NCBI GenBank assembly: GCA_964016885.1
Contig: OZ024744.1
Coordinates: 132,680,001 to 132,744,000, forward strand
Direction of reading: 5' to 3'
DNA from: Eledone cirrhosa
Taxonomy: Eukaryota
DNA: 64,000 bases
The first letter of the stretch is position 1. Each line of letters begins with the position of its first letter. The notes beneath the pieces are model-generated. The model was not told the DNA's origin. It made no database searches and saw nothing but the letters and a program-made list of their open reading frames with translations. Of the stretch, positions 37,501 through 51,933 are shown in pieces. The position numbers were made by a program, and so were the translations under genes.

Positions 37501-40500
37501 CTGATTTCAAATATTGATTTTTTTAGCTTTTTCGACAAAATCTTATATAATCAATTTTTTTTAGGTTTTTCGAAAAAGAATGAATTTGAGTTCATAGTCG
37601 AAATATATACTTCTGCATTAATCTTTTTACGTTTTTTTGAAAAAATTAATGCTTTTACAAATCTTTTGAAATATTTACTTTCTAGTTTCAAATTTTGCAG
37701 ATTAAATTTTTCTCGAAAAACCTAAAAAATCAGTTGTCGAAATCAGAAGTTAATATTTCGTAAAACGCAATTTGAAAAACTCATATTAATTTTTTTTCGA
37801 AAACTTATTATATAATCAATTTTTTTATACTTTTAGAAATATTTATATCTGATTTCAAATATTGATTTTTTTAGGTTTTTCGAAAACCCTATATAATCAA
37901 TTTTTTTGTACTTTTAGAAATATCTATATCTGATTTCATGTATTGATTTTTTTATATTTTTCGAAAAGGCTTAGATAATCAATTTTTTTTAGGTTTTTTC
38001 GAAAAATCTTATATAATCAATTTTTTTACGTTTTTAGAAATATTTATATCTGATTTCAAATATTGATTTTTTTTAGATTTTTCGAAATACCTTATATAAT
38101 CAATTTTTTTTAGGTTTTTCAAATTACCTTATATAATCAATTTTTTTTATCTGATTTCAAATATTGATTTTTTTAGCTTTTTCGACAAAATCTTATATAA
38201 TCAATTTTTTTTAGGTTTTTCGAAAAAGAATGAATTTGAGTTCATAGTCGAAATATATACTTCTGCATTAATCTTTTTACGTTTTTTTGATTTTTTTTAA
38301 AAAAACGTAAAAAATTAATGCTTTTACAAATCTTTTGAAATATTCACTTTCTAGTTTCAAATTTTGCAGATTAAATTTTTCTCGAAAAACCTAAAAAATC
38401 AGTTGTCGAAATCAGAAGTTAATATTTCGTAAAACGCAATTTGAAAAACTCATTAATTTTTTTTCGAAAACTTATTATATAATCAATTTTTTTATACTTT
38501 TAGAAATATTTATATCTGATTTCAAATATTGATTTTTTTAGGTTTTTCGAAAACCCTATATAATCAATTTTTTTGTACTTTTAGAAATATCTATATCTGA
38601 TTTCATGTATTGATTTTTTTATATTTTTCGAAAAAGCTTAGATAATCAATTTTTTTAGGTCTTTCGAAAACATTATATAATCAATTTTTTTTTAGGTTTT
38701 TCGAAAAAACCTTATATAATCAATTTTTTTTAGGTTTTTCAAATATTGATTTTTTTAGCTTTTTCGACAAAATCTTATATAATCAATTTTTTTTAGGTTT
38801 TTCGAAAAAGAATGAATTTGAGTTCATAGTCGAAATATATACTTCTGCATTAATCTTTTTACGTTTTTTTGATTTTTTTAAAAAAACGTAAAAAATTAAT
38901 GCTTTTACAAATCTTTTGAAATATTTACTTTCTAGTTTCAAATTTTGCAGATTAAATTTTTCTCGAAAAACCTAAAAAATCAGTTGTCGAAATCAGAAGT
39001 TAATATTTCGAAAAACGCAATTTGAAAAACTCATATTAATTTTTTTTCGAAAACATTATATAATCAATTTTTTAGAAATATTTATATCTGATTTCAAATA
39101 TTGATTTTTTTAGGTTTTTCGAAAACCCTATATAATCAATTTTTTTGTACTTTTAGAAATATCTATATCTGATTTCATGTATTGATTTTTTTATATTTTT
39201 CAAAAAATCTTATATAATCAATTTTTTTACGTTTTTAGAAAAACCTTATATAATCAATTTTTTTTAGGTTTTTCGAAAAACCTTATATAATCAATTTTTT
39301 TATGTTTTTTCGAAAAATCTTATATAATCAATTTTTTTACGTTTTTAGAAATATTTATATCTGATTTCAAATATTGATTTTTTTTAGATTTTTCGAAATA
39401 CCTTATATAATCAATTTTTTTTAGGTTTTTCAAATTACCTTATATAATCAATTTTTTTTATCAGATTTCAAATATTGATTTTTTTTAGCTTTTTCGACAA
39501 AATCTTATATAATCAATTTTTTTTAGGTTTTTCGAAAAAGAATGAATTTGAGTTCATAGTCGAAATATATACTTCTGCATTAATCTTTTTACGTTTTTTT
39601 GATTTTTTTTAAAAAAACGTAAAAAATTAATGCTTTTACAAATCTTTTGAAATATTTACTTTCTAGTTTCAAATTTTGCAGATTAAATTTTTCTCGAAAA
39701 ACCTAAAAGATCAGTTGTCGAAATCAGAAGTTAATATTTCGAAAAACGCAATTTGAAAAACTCATATTAATTTTTTTTCGAAAACATTATATAATCAATT
39801 TTTTAGAAATATTTATATCTGATTTCAAATATTGATTTTTTTTAGGTTTTTCGAATTACCTTATATAATCAATTCTTTTTTTGGTTTTTTCGAAAAATCT
39901 TATATAATCAATTTTTTTACGTTTTTAGAAAAACCTTATATAATCAATTTTTTTTAGATTTTTCAAAAAACCTTATATAATCAATTTTTTTTGTTTTTTT
40001 GAAAAATCTTATATAATCAATTTTTTTACGTTTTTAGAAATATTTATATCTGATTTCAAATATTGATTTTTTTTAGATTTTTCGAAACACCTTATATAAT
40101 CAATTTTTTTTAGGTTTTTCAAATTACCTTATATAATCAATTTTTTTTATCTGATTTCAAATATTGATTTTTTTAGCTTTTTCGACAAAATCTTATATAA
40201 TCAATTTTTTTTAGGTTTTTCGAAAAAGAATGAATTTGAGTTCATAGTCGAAATATATACTTCTGCATTAATCTTTTTACGTTTTTTTTATTTTTTTTAA
40301 AAAAACGTAAAAAATTAATGCTTTTACAAATCTTTTGAAATATTTACTTTCTAGTTTCAAATTTTGCAGATTAAATTTTTCTCGAAAAACCTAAAAAATC
40401 AGTTGTCGAAATCAGAAGTTAATATTTCGAAAAACGCAATTTGAAAAACTCATATTAATTTTTTTTCGAAAACATTATATAATCAATTTTTTAGAAATAT

Positions 40501-40976
40501 TTATATCTGATTTCAAATATTGATTTTTTTAGGTTTTTCGAAAACCCTATATAATCAATTTTTTTGTACTTTTAGAAATATCTATATCTGATTTCATGTA
40601 TTGATTTTTTTATATTTTTAGAAAAAGCTTAGATAATCAATTTTTTTAGGTCTTTCGAAAACCTTATATAATCAATTTTTTTTTAGGTTTTTCGAAAAAA
40701 CCTTATATAATCATTATTTTTTAGGCTTTTTCGAAAAATCTTATATAATCAATTTTTTTACGTTTTTCGAAAAAACTTATATAATCAATTTTTTTTAGGT
40801 TTTTCAAAAAACCTTATATAATCAATTTTTTTTAGGTTTTTCGAAAAACCTTATATAATCAATTTTTTTTGTTTTTTCAAAAAATCTTATATAATCAATT
40901 TTTTTACGTTTTTAGAAATATTTATATCTTATTTCAAATATTGATTTTTTTTAGATTTTTCGAAATACCTTATATA

Positions 40977-41040
40977 ATCAATTTTTTTTAGGTTTTTCAA
41001 ATTACCATAAGGTAATTTGAAAAACCTAAAAAAAATTGAT
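40977..41040. repeat. Perfect inverted repeat, 30-bp arms (copy 3)
   Basis: Same sequence as 16618-16681. Confidence 0.95.
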
Positions 41041-41668
41041 CTGATTTCAAATATTGATTTTTTTAGCTTTTTCGACAAAATCTTATATAATCAATTTTTT
41101 TTAGGTTTTTCGAAAAAGAATGAATTTGAGTTCATAGTCGAAATATATACTTCTGCATTAATCTTTTTACGTTTTTTTGAAAAAATTAATGCTTTTACAA
41201 ATCTTTTGAAATATTTACTTTCTAGTTTCAAATTTTGCAGATTAAATTTTTCTCGAAAAACCTAAAAAATCAGTTGTCGAAATCAGAAGTTAATATTTCG
41301 TAAAACGCAATTTGAAAAACTCATATTAATTTTTTTTCGAAAACTTATTATATAATCAATTTTTTTATACTTTTAGAAATATTTATATCTGATTTCAAAT
41401 ATTGATTTTTTTAGGTTTTTCGAAAACCCTATATAATCAATTTTTTTGTACTTTTAGAAATATCTATATCTGATTTCATGTATTGATTTTTTTATATTTT
41501 TCGAAAAGGCTTAGATAATCAATTTTTTTTAGGTTTTTTCGAAAAATCTTATATAATCAATTTTTTTACGTTTTTAGAAATATTTATATCTGATTTCAAA
41601 TATTGATTTTTTTTAGATTTTTCGAAATACCTTATATAATCAATTTTTTTTAGGTTTTTCAAATTACC

Positions 41669-41843
41669 CCGACTTAACCCCGACTTAACTTAACCCCAAC
41701 TTAACTTAACCCCAACTTAACTTAACCCCAACTTGACTTAACCCCAACATAACTCACACCCAACTTAACTTACCCCCAACTTAACTTAACCCCAACTTGA
41801 CTTAACCCCAACTTAACTTAACCCCAACTTAACTTAACGCCAA
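41669..41843 (-). repeat. Junction-associated inverted satellite A segment (175 bp), copy 3
   Basis: Same start and end sequence as 17309-17483. Confidence 0.95.
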
Positions 41844-43836
41844 AGTCGGAGTTAAGTTAAGTTGGGGTTAAGCTAAGTTGGGGGTAAGTTAAGTTGGGGG
41901 TAAGTTAAATTGGGGTTAAGTTAAGTTGGGGTTGAGTGAAGTTGGGGTTAAGTTAAGTTGGGGTTAAGTTAAGTTAGGGTTAATTTAAGTTGGGGTTAAG
42001 TTAAGTTGGGGTTAACTTAAGTTGGGGTTAAGTTAAGTTGGGGTTAATTTAGGTTGGGGTTAAGTTAAGTTGGGGTTAAGATAAGTTGGGGTTAAGTTAA
42101 ATTGAGATTAAGTTAACTTGGGTTTGAGTTAAGTTGGGGATAAGTCAAGTGGTGGTTATGTTAAGTTGGGGTTAAGTTAAGTTGGGGTTAAATTAAGTTG
42201 GGGTTAAGTTAAGTTGGGTGTAAGCTAAGTTGGGGTTGAGTGAAGTTGGGGTTAAGTTAAGTTGGGGTTAAGTAGAGTTGGGGTTAATTTAAGTTGGGGT
42301 TAAGTTAAGTTGGTGTTAAGTTGGGGTTAAGTTAAGTTGGGGTTAAGTTAAGTTGGGGTTGAGTGAAGTTGGGGTTAAGTTAAGTTGGGGTTAAATTAAG
42401 TTGGGGTTAACTTAAGTTGGGTTTAAGTTAAGTTGCGGTTAAGTTAAGTTGGGGTTAAGTTAAGTTGGGGTTAAGTTAAGTCGGGGTTAAGTTAAGTTGG
42501 GGTTGAGTTAAGTTGGGGTTATTTTAAGTTGAGGTTATGTTAAGTTGGGGTTAATTTAAGTTGGGGTTAAGTTAAGTTGGGGTTAATTTAAGTTGGGGTT
42601 AAGTTCAGTTGGGGTTAATTTAAGTTGGGGTTAAGTTAAGTTGGGTTTAAGTTAAGTTGGGGTTAAGTTAAGTTGGGGTTAAGTTAAGTTGGGTTTAAGT
42701 TAAGTTGGGGCTAAGTTAAGTTGGGTCTAATTTGAGTTGGGGTTAAGTTAAGTTGGGGTTAAGTTAAGTTGAGGTTAAATTAAGTTGGGGTTAATTAAGT
42801 TGGGGTTAAGTTAAGTTGGGGTTAAGTTAAGTTGAGGTTAAGTTAACTTGGGGTTAAGTTAAGTTGGGGTTAAGTTAAGTTGGGGTTGAGTTAAGTTGGG
42901 GTTGGGTTAAGTTGGGGTTAAGTTAAGTTGGGGTTAAGTTAAGTTGGGGTTAAGTTAAGTTGGGGTTAATTTAAGTTCGGGTTAAGTTAAGTTCGGGGTA
43001 AGCTAAGTTGGGGTTCAGTTAAATCGGGTCTAAGTTAAGTGGGAGGTTAAGTTAAGTTGGGGTTGAGTTAAGTTGTGGTTAATTTAACTTGGGGTTAAGT
43101 TAAGTTAAGTTTGAGTTAAGTTGGGGTTAAGTTGGGGTTAAGTTAAGTTGGGGTTAAGTTACGTTGGGGTTAAGTTAAGTTGGGGTTAAGTTGAGGTTAA
43201 GTTAAGTTGTGGTTAAGTTAAGTTGGGGCTAAGTTAAGTTGGGGCTAAGTTAAGTTGGGGTTAAGTTAAGTTGGGGTTAATTTAAGTTGGGGTTAGGTTA
43301 AGTTGGGGATAAGTTAAGTTGGGGATAAGTTAAGTTGGGGTTAAGTTAAGTTGGGTTTAAGTTAAGCTGGGGTTAAGTTAAGTTGGGGTTAAATTAAGTT
43401 GGCGTTAAGTTAAGTTTGGGTTAGGTTAAGTTGGGGATAAGTTAAGTTGGGGATAAGTTAAGTTGGGGTTAAGTTAAGTTGGGTTTAAGTTAAGTTGGGG
43501 TTAAGTTAAGTTGGGGTTAAGTTAAGTTGGGGTTAAGTTAAGTTGCGGTTAGTTAAGTTGAGTTTAAGTTAAGTTGGGGTTAATTTAAGTTGGGGTTAAG
43601 TTAAGTTGGGGTTCAGTTCAGTTGGGGTTAAGTCAAGTTGGGGTTAAGTTAAGTTGGGGTTAAGTTAAGTTGGGGTTAGGTTAAGTTGGGGATAATTTAA
43701 GTTGGGGATAAGCTAAGTTGGGGTTAAGTTAAGTTGGGTTTAAGTTAAGTTGGGGTTAAGTTAAGTTGGGGTTAAATTAAGTTGGGGTTATGTTAAGTTG
43801 GGGTTAAGTTAAGTTGGGGTTAGTTTAAGTGGGGTT

Positions 43837-44133
43837 AACCCCAACTTAACTTAACCCCAACTTAACTTAACCCCAACTTCACTCAACCCCAACTTAAATT
43901 AACCCCAACTTAACTTAACCCTGACTTAACTTAACCCCGACTTAACTTAACCCCGACTTAACTTAACCCCAACTTAACTTAAACCCCAACTTAACTTAAC
44001 CCCAACTTAACTTAACCCCAACTTGACTTAACCCCAACTTAACTCACACCCAACTTAACTTACCCCCAACTTAACTTAACCACAACTTGACGTAAACCCA
44101 ACTTAACTTAACCCCAACTTAACTTAACCCCAA
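43837..44133 (-). repeat. Inverted satellite A island, type I, shortened by three units (~297 bp)
   Basis: Type I entry, GACGTAAACCC marker and GTCGGAGTTCAG exit. It is 48 bp shorter than 19508-19852. Confidence 0.93.
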
Positions 44134-44792
44134 AGTCGGAGTTCAGTTAAGTTGGGGTTCAGTTAAGTTAGGCTTAACTTAAGTTGGGGTTGAGTTAAGT
44201 TGGGGGTAAGTTAAGTTGGGGGTAAGTTAAGTTGGGGTTAAGTTAAGTTGGGGTTAAGTTGGGGTTAAGTTAAGTTAGGGTTAAGTTAAGTTGGGGTTGA
44301 GTTAAGTTGGGGTTAAGTTAAGTGTTGGTTATGTTAAGTTGGGGTTAAGTTAAGTTGGGGTTAAATTAAGTGGGGTTAACTTAAGTTGGGTGTAAGTTAA
44401 GTTGGGGTTGAGTGAAGTTGGGGTTAAGTTAAGTTGGGGTTAAGTTAAGTTAGGGTTAATTTAAGTTGGGGTTATGTTAAGTTGGTGTTAAGTTAAGTTG
44501 GGGTTAAGTCGAGTTGGGGTTAAGTTAAGTTGAGGTTAAGTTAAATTGGTGTTAAGTTAAGCTGGGGTTAAGTTAAGTTGGGGTTAGTTAAGTTGAGTTT
44601 AAGTTAAGTTGGGGTTAATTTAAGTTGGGGTTAAGTTAAGTTGGGGTTCAGTTAAGTTGGGGTTAAGTTAAGTTGGGGTTGAGTTAAGTTGTGGTTAAGT
44701 TAAGTTGGGGTTAGGTTAAGTTGGGGTTAAGTTAAGCTGGGGTTAAATTAAGTTGGGGTTAAGTTAAGTTGGGGTTAGGTTAAGTTGGGGTT

Positions 44793-45024
44793 AACCCCAA
44801 CTTCACTCAACCCCAACTTAACTTAACCCCAACTTCACTCAACCCCAACTTAACTCAACCCCAACTTAACTTAACCCTAACTTAACTTAACCCCGACTTA
44901 ACTTAACCCCAACTTAACTTAACCCCAACTTAACTTAACCCCAACTTAACTTAATCCCAACTTGACTTAACCCCAACTTAACTCACACCCAACTTAACTT
45001 AACCCCAACTTAACTTAACCCCAA
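44793..45024 (-). repeat. Inverted satellite A island, type II (~232 bp)
   Basis: Matches 20512-20743. Confidence 0.95.
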
Positions 45025-48000
45025 AGTCGGAGTTAAGTTAAGTTGGGGTTAAGTTAAGTTAGGCTTAACTTAAGTTGGGGTTAAGTTAAGTTGGGGGTAA
45101 GTTAAGTTGGGGGTAAGTTAAGTTGGGGTTAAGTTAAGTTGGGGTTAAGATAAGTGGTGGTTATGTTAAGTTGAGGTTAAGTTAAGTTAGGGTTAAATTA
45201 AGTTGGGGTTAAGTTAAGTTGGGTGTAAGTTAAGTTGGGGTTGAGTGAAGTTGGGGTTAAGTTAAGTTGGGGTTAAGTAGAGTTGGGGTTAAGTTAAGTT
45301 GGGGTTAAGTTAAGTTGGTGTTAAGTTGGGGTTAAGTTAAGTTGGGGTTAAGTTGGGGTTAAGTTAAGTGGTGGTTATGTTAAGTTGGGGTTAACTTAAG
45401 TTGGGGTTAATTTAAATTGGGGTTAAGTTAACTTTGTGGTTAAGTTAAGTTGGGGTTAAGTTAAGTTGGGGTTAAATTAAGTTGGGGTTGAGTGAAGTTG
45501 GGGTTAAGTTAAGTTGGGGTTAAGTTAAGTTGGGGTTAACTTAAGTTGGGTTTAAGTTAAGTTGCGGTTAAGTTAAGTTGGGGTTAAGTTAAGTTGGGGT
45601 TAAGTTAAGTCGGGGTTAATTTAAGTTGGGGTTGAGTTAAGTTGGGGTTAATTTAAGTTGAGGTTATGTTAAGTTGGGGTTAATTTAAGTTGGGGTTAAG
45701 TTAAGTTGGGGTTAAGTTAAGTTGGGGTTAATTTAAGTTGGGATTAAGTTCAGTTGGGGTTAAATTAAGTTGGGGTTAAGTTAAGCTGGGGTTAAATTAA
45801 GTTGGGGTTAAGTTAAGTTGGGGTTAAGTTAAGTTGGGGTTAAGTTAAGTTAGGGTTAATTTAAGTTGGGGTTATGTTAAGTTGGGGTTAAGTTAAGTTG
45901 GGGTTAAGTCGAGTTGGGGTTAAGTTAAGTTGGGGTTAGTTAAGTTGAGTTTAAGTTAAGTTGGGGTTAAATTAAGTTGGGGTTAAGTTAAGTTGGGGTT
46001 CAGTTAAGTTGGGGTTAAGTTAAGTTGGGGTTAAGTTAAGTTGGTTTAAGTTAAGTTGGGGTTAGGTTAAGTTGGGGATAAGTTAAGTTGGGGATAAGCT
46101 AAGTTGGGGTTAAGTTAAGTTGGGTTTAAGTTAAGTTGGGGGTAAATTAAGTTGGGGGTAAGTTAAGTTGAGGTTAAGTTAAGTTGGGGTTAAGTTAAGT
46201 GGTGGTTATGTTAAGTTGGGGTTAAGTTAAGTTGGGGTTAAATTAAGTTGGGGTTCAGTTAAGTTGGGGTTAAGTTAAGTTGGGGTTAGGTTAAGTTGGG
46301 GATAAGTTAAGTTGGGGATAAGTTAAGTTGGGGTTAAGTTAAGTTGGGTTTAAGTTAAGTTGGGGTTAAGTTAAGTTGGGGTTTAATTAAGTTGGGGTTG
46401 AGTTAAGTTGGGGTTGACTTAAGTTGGGCTTAAGTTAAGTTGGTGTTAAGTTAAGATGTGGTTAAGTTAAGTTGGGGTTAAGTTAAGTTGGGGTTAAATT
46501 AAGTTGGGGTTAAGTTAAGTTGGGGGTAAGGTAAGTTGGTGGTAAGTTAAGTTGGGGGTAAGTTAAGATGGGGCTAAGTTAAGTTGGGGTTAAGTTAATT
46601 TGGGGTTAAGTTAAGTTAGGGTTAAGTTAAGTTGGGGTTGACTTAAGTTGGGGTTAAGTTAAGTTGGGGTTATGTTAAGTTGGGTTTAAGTTAAGTTGGA
46701 GTTAAGTTAAGTTGGGGTTAAGTTAAGTTGCGGTTAAGTTAAGTTGGGGTTAAGTTAAGTTGGGGTTAAGTTAAGTTGGGGTTAAGTTAAGTTGGGGTTA
46801 ATTTAAGTTGGGGTTAAATTAAGTTGGGGTTAATTTAAGTTGGGGGTTAAGATAAGTTGGGGTTAAGTTAAGTTGGGGTTAAATTAAGTTGGGGTTAAGT
46901 TAAGTTGGGGTTAATTTAAGTTGGGGTTAAGTTAAGTTGGGGTTGAGTTAAGTTGGGGGTAAGTTAAGTTGGGGGTAAGTTAAGTTGGGTGTAAGTTAAG
47001 ATGGGGTTAAGTTAAGTTGGGGTTAAGTTATTTTGGGGTTAAGTTAAGTTGGGGGTAAGTTAAGTTGGTGATAAGTTAAGTTGGGGGTAAGTTAAGTTGG
47101 GGTTAAGTTAAGTTGGGTTAAGTTGGGGTTAAGTTAAGTTAGGGTTAAGTTAAGTTGGGGTTGAGTTAAGTTGGGGTTAAGTTAAGAGGTGGTTATGTTC
47201 AGTTGGGGTTAAGTTAAGTTGGGGTTAAGTTAAGTTGGGGTTAAGTTAAGTTGGGGTTAAGATAAGTTGGGGTTAAGTTAAGTTGGGGTTGAGTTAAGTT
47301 GGGGTTGAGTTAATTTGGGGTTAAGTTAAGTTGGGGTTAACTTAATTTGGGTTTAATTTAAGTTGGGGTTAAGTTAAGTTGGGGTTAAATTAAGTTGGGA
47401 TTAAGTTAAGTTGGGTGTATGTTAAGTTGGGGTTGACTGAAGTTGGGGTTAAGTTAAGTTGGGGTTAAGTAGAGTTGGGGTTAATTTAAGTTGGTGTTAA
47501 GTTAAGTTGGTGTTAAGTTGGGGTTAAGTTAAGTTGGGGTTAAGTTGGGGTTAAGTTAAGTGGTGGTTATGTTAAGTTGGGGTTAAGTTAAGTTGGGGTT
47601 AATTTAAATTGGGGTTAAGTTAACTTTGTGGTTAAGTTAAGTTGGACTTAAGTTAAGTTGGGGTTAAGTTAAGTTGGGGTTAAGTTAAGTTGGGGTTGAG
47701 TTAAGTTGGGGTTAATTTAAGTTGAGGTTATTTTAAGTTGGGGTTAAGTTAAGTTGGGGTTAAGTTAAGTTGGGGTTAAGTTAAGTTGGGGTTAAGTTAA
47801 GTTGGGGTTAAGTTAAGTTGGGTTTAAGTTAAGTTGGGGTTAAATTAAGTTGGGGTTAAATTAAAGTGGGGTTAAGTTAAGTTGGGGGCAAGTTAAGTTG
47901 GTGTTAAGTTAAGTTGGGGTTAAGTTAAGTTGGGGTTAAGTTAAGTTGGGTTTAAGTTAAGTTGGGACTAAGTTAAGTTAGGGCTAAGTTCAGTTGGGGT

Positions 48001-49626
48001 AAAGTTAAGTTGGGGCTAAGTTAAGTTGGGTATAAGTTGAGTTGGGGTTAAGTTAAGTTGGGGTTAAGTTAAGTTGGGGTTAAATTAAGTTGGGGTTAAT
48101 TAAGTTGGGGTTAAGTTAAGTTGGGGTTAATTTAAGTTGGGGTTGTGTTAATTTGGGGTTAAGTTAAGTTGGGGTTATATTAAGTTGGGGTTAAGTTAAG
48201 TTGGGTTTAAGTTAAGTTGGGGTTAAGTTAAGTTGGGGTTAAGTTAAGTTAGGGTTAATTTAAGTTGGGGTTATGTTAAGTTGGGGTTAAGTTAAGCTGG
48301 GGTTAAGTAGAGTTGGGGTTAATTTAAGTTGGGGTTAAGTTAAGTTGGTGTTAAGTTGGGGTTAAGTTGGGGTTAAGTTGAGTGGTGGTTATGTTAAGTT
48401 GGGGTTAAGTTAAGTTGGGGTTAATTTAAATTGGGGTTAAGTTAACTTTGTGGTTAAGTTAAGTTGGAGTTAAGTTAAGTTGGGGTTAAGTTAAGTTGGG
48501 GTTGAGTGAAGTTGGGGTTAAGTTAAGTTGGGGTTAACTTAAGTTGGGGTTAAGTTAAGTTGGGGTTAAATTAAGTTGGGTTAAATTAAGGTGGGGTTAA
48601 GTTAAGTTGGGGGTAAGTTAAGTTGGGGGCAAGTTAAGTTGGTGTTAAGTTAAGTTGGGGTTAAGTTAAGTTGGGGTTAAGTTAAGTTGGGTTTAAGTTA
48701 AGTTGGGACTAAGTTAAGTTAGGGCTAAGTTAAGTTGGGGTTAAGTTAAGTTGGGGCTAAGTTAAGTTGGGTCTAAGTTGAGTTGGGGTTAAGTTAAGTT
48801 GGGGTTAAGTTAAGTTGGGGTTAAATTAAGTTGGGGTTAATTAAGTTGGGGTTAAGTTAAGTTGGGGTTAAGTTAAGTTGGGGTTAATTTAAGTTGGGGT
48901 TGTGTTAAGTTGGGGTTAAGTTAAGTTGGGGATAAGTTAAGTTGGGGTTGAGTTAAGTTGGGGTTGAGTGAAGTTGGGGTTAAGTTAAGTCGGGGTTAAT
49001 TTAAGTTGGGGTTGAGTTAAGTCGGGGTTAATTTAAGTTGGGGCTAAGTTAATTTGTGGTTAAGTTAAGTTGGGGTTAAGTTAAGTTGGGGTTAAGTTAA
49101 GTTGGGGTTAAGTTAAGTTGGGGGTAAGTTCAGTTGGGGGCAAGTTAAGTTGGGGTTAAGTTAAGTTGCGGTTAAGTTAAGTTGGGGTTAAGTTAAGTTG
49201 GGTTTAAGTTAAGTTGGGGTTCAGTTAAGTTGGGGTTAAGTTAAGTTGGGGTTAAGTTAAGTTGGGGTTGAGTTAAGTTGGGGTTTAATTAAGTTGGGGT
49301 TGAGTTAAGTTGGGGTTGAGTTAAGTGGGGGTTGAGTTAAGTTGGGGTTAAGCTAAGTTGGGGTTAAGTTAAATTGAGGTTAAGTTAACTTGGGTTTGAG
49401 TTAAGTTGGGGTTAAGTTAAGTTGGTGTTAAGTTCAGTTCAGGTTAAGTTAACTTGGGGTTAAGTTAAGTTGGGGTTGAGTTAAGTTGGGGTTGAGTTAA
49501 GTTGGGGTTAAGTTAAGTTGGGGTTAACTTAAGTTGGGGTTAAGTTAAGTTGGGGTTAATTTAAGTTGGGGTTCATTTAAATTGATATTAAGATAACTTG
49601 GGTTTGCGTTAAGATGGGGTTAAGTT

Positions 49627-51758
49627 AGGTTTTTCGAAAACCTTATATAATCATTTTTATTTAGGTTCTTCGAAACACCTTATATAATCAATTTTTTTAG
49701 GTTTTTCGAAAAACCTTATATAATCAATTTTTTAATACTTTTAGAAATATTTATATCTGATTTCAAATATTGATTTTATTAGGTTTTTGGAGTAATCAAT
49801 TTTTTTTACGTTTTTCGAAAAATGTTATATAATCAATTTTTTTTAGGTTTTTCGAATCAATTCAATTTTTATAATCAAATATTTTTAGGTTTTTAGAAAA
49901 ACCTTATATAATCAAATTTTTTTAGGTTTTTCGAAAAACCTTATATAATTAATTTTTTTATACTTTTAGAAATATTTATATCTGATTTCAAATATTGGAT
50001 TTTTTAGGTTTTTCGATAATCAATTTTTTTTAGATTTTTCGAAAAATCTTATATAATCAATTTTTTTTACGTTTTTAGAAAGACCTTATATAATCAATTT
50101 TTTTATACTTTTAGAAATATTTATATCTGATTTCAAATATTGATTTTTTTTTTAGGTTTTTCGAAATACCTTATATAATCAATTTTTTTTAGGTTTTTCA
50201 AATTACTTTATATAATCAATTTTTTTTATCTGATTTCAAATATTGATTTTTTTAGCTTTTTCGACAAAATCTTATATAATCAATTTTTTTTAGGTTTTTC
50301 GAAAAAGAATGAATTTGAGTTCATAGTCGAAATATATACTTCTGCATTAATCTTTTTACGTTTTTTTGATTTTTTTAAAAAAAACGTAAAAAATTAATGC
50401 TTTTACAAATCTTTTGAAATATTTACTTTCTAGTTTCAAATTTTGCAGATTAAATTTTTCTCGAAAAACCTAAAAAATCAGTTGTCGAAATCAGAAGTTA
50501 ATATTTCGAAAAACGCAATTTGAAAAACTCATATTAATTTCTTTTCGAAAACATTATATAATCAATTTTTTTATACTTTTAGAAATATTTATATCTGATT
50601 TCAAATATTGATTTTTTTAGGTTTTTCGAAAACCCTATATAATCAATTTTTTTGTACTTTTAGAAATATCTATATCTGATTTCATGTATTGATTTTTTTA
50701 TATTTTTCGAAAAAGCTTAGATAATCAATTTTTTTAGGTCTTTCGAAAACCTTATATAATCAATTTTTTTTTAGGTTTTTCGAAAAAACCTTATATAATC
50801 AATTTTTTTTAGGTTTCTTCTAAAAATCTTATATAATCAATTTTTTTTAGGTTTTTCGAAAAACCTTATATAATCAATTTTTTTTGTTTTTTCGAAAAAT
50901 CTTATATAATTAATTTTTTTACGTTTTTAGAAATATTTATATCTGATTTCAAATATTGATTTTTTTTAGATTTTTCGAAATACCTTATATAATCAATTTT
51001 TTTTAGGTTTTTCAAATTACCTTATATAATCAATTTTTTTTATCAGATTTCAAATATTGATTTTTTTAGCTTTTTCGACAAAATCTTATATAATCAATTT
51101 TTTTTAGGTTTTTCGAAAAAGAATGAATTTGAGTTCATAGTCGAAATATATACTTCTGCATTTTTACGTTTTTTTGATTTTTTTTAAAAAAACGTAAAAA
51201 ATTAATGCTTTTACAAATCTTTTGAAATATTTACTTTCTAGTTTCAAATTTTGCAGATTAAATTTTTCTCGAAAAACCTAAAAAATCAGTTGTCGAAATC
51301 AGAAGTTAATATTTCGAAAAACGCAATTTGAAAAACTCATATTAATTTTTTTTCGAAAACTTATTATATAATCAATTTTTTAATACTTTTAGAAATATTT
51401 ATATCTGATTTCAAATATTGATTTTTTTAGGTTTTTCGAAAACCCTATATAATCAATTTTTTTGTACTTTTAGAAATATCTATATCTGATTTCATGTATT
51501 GATTTTTTTATATTTTTCGAAAAAGCTTAGATAATCAATTTTTTTAGGTCTTTCGAAAACCTTATATAATCAATTTTTTTTTAGGTTTTTCGAAAAAACC
51601 TTATATAATCAATTTTTTTTAGGTTTTTTCGAAGTATCTTATATAATCAATTTTTTTACGTTTTTAGAAATATTTATATCTGATTTCAAATATTGATTTT
51701 TTTTAGATTTTTCGAAATACCTTATATAATCAATTTTTTTTAGGTTTTTCAAATTACC
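49627..51758 (+). repeat. Satellite B block B4 (~2.1 kb, 2 modules)
   Basis: Same leader as the other B blocks. GGAGTAATC, GGTTTCTTCTAAAA and CGAAGTATCT variants are shared with B2. Confidence 0.96.
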
Positions 51759-51933
51759 CCGACTTAACCCCGACTTAACTTAACCCCAACTTAACTTAAC
51801 CCCAACTTAACTTAACCCCAACTTGACTTAACCCCAACATAACTCACACCCAACTTAACTTACCCCCAACTTAACTTAACCCCAACTTGACTTAACCCCA
51901 ACTTAACTTAACCCCAACTTAACTTAACGCCAA
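51759..51933 (-). repeat. Junction-associated inverted satellite A segment (175 bp), copy 4
   Basis: Same start and end sequence as 17309-17483. Confidence 0.95.

Larger units (their letters stand above)
33281..41668 (+). repeat. Satellite B block B3 (~8.4 kb, 11 modules)
   Basis: Same subunits as B1 and shares the ATATATGATTTC leader variant with B1. Enlarged by a 3540-bp tandem duplication. Confidence 0.96.
34505..41668 (+). repeat. Near-perfect 3540-bp tandem duplication within B3
   Basis: Lines 3540 bp apart read identically (34561 vs 38101; ORFs at 37477 vs 41017). One difference noticed: ACCTAAAAAA ~36161 vs ACCTAAAAGA ~39701. Confidence 0.92.
41669..49626 (+). repeat. Satellite A block A4 (~7.96 kb)
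   Basis: 16-bp repeat. The variant order closely parallels A2 (offset 24360 at the start). Confidence 0.97.
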
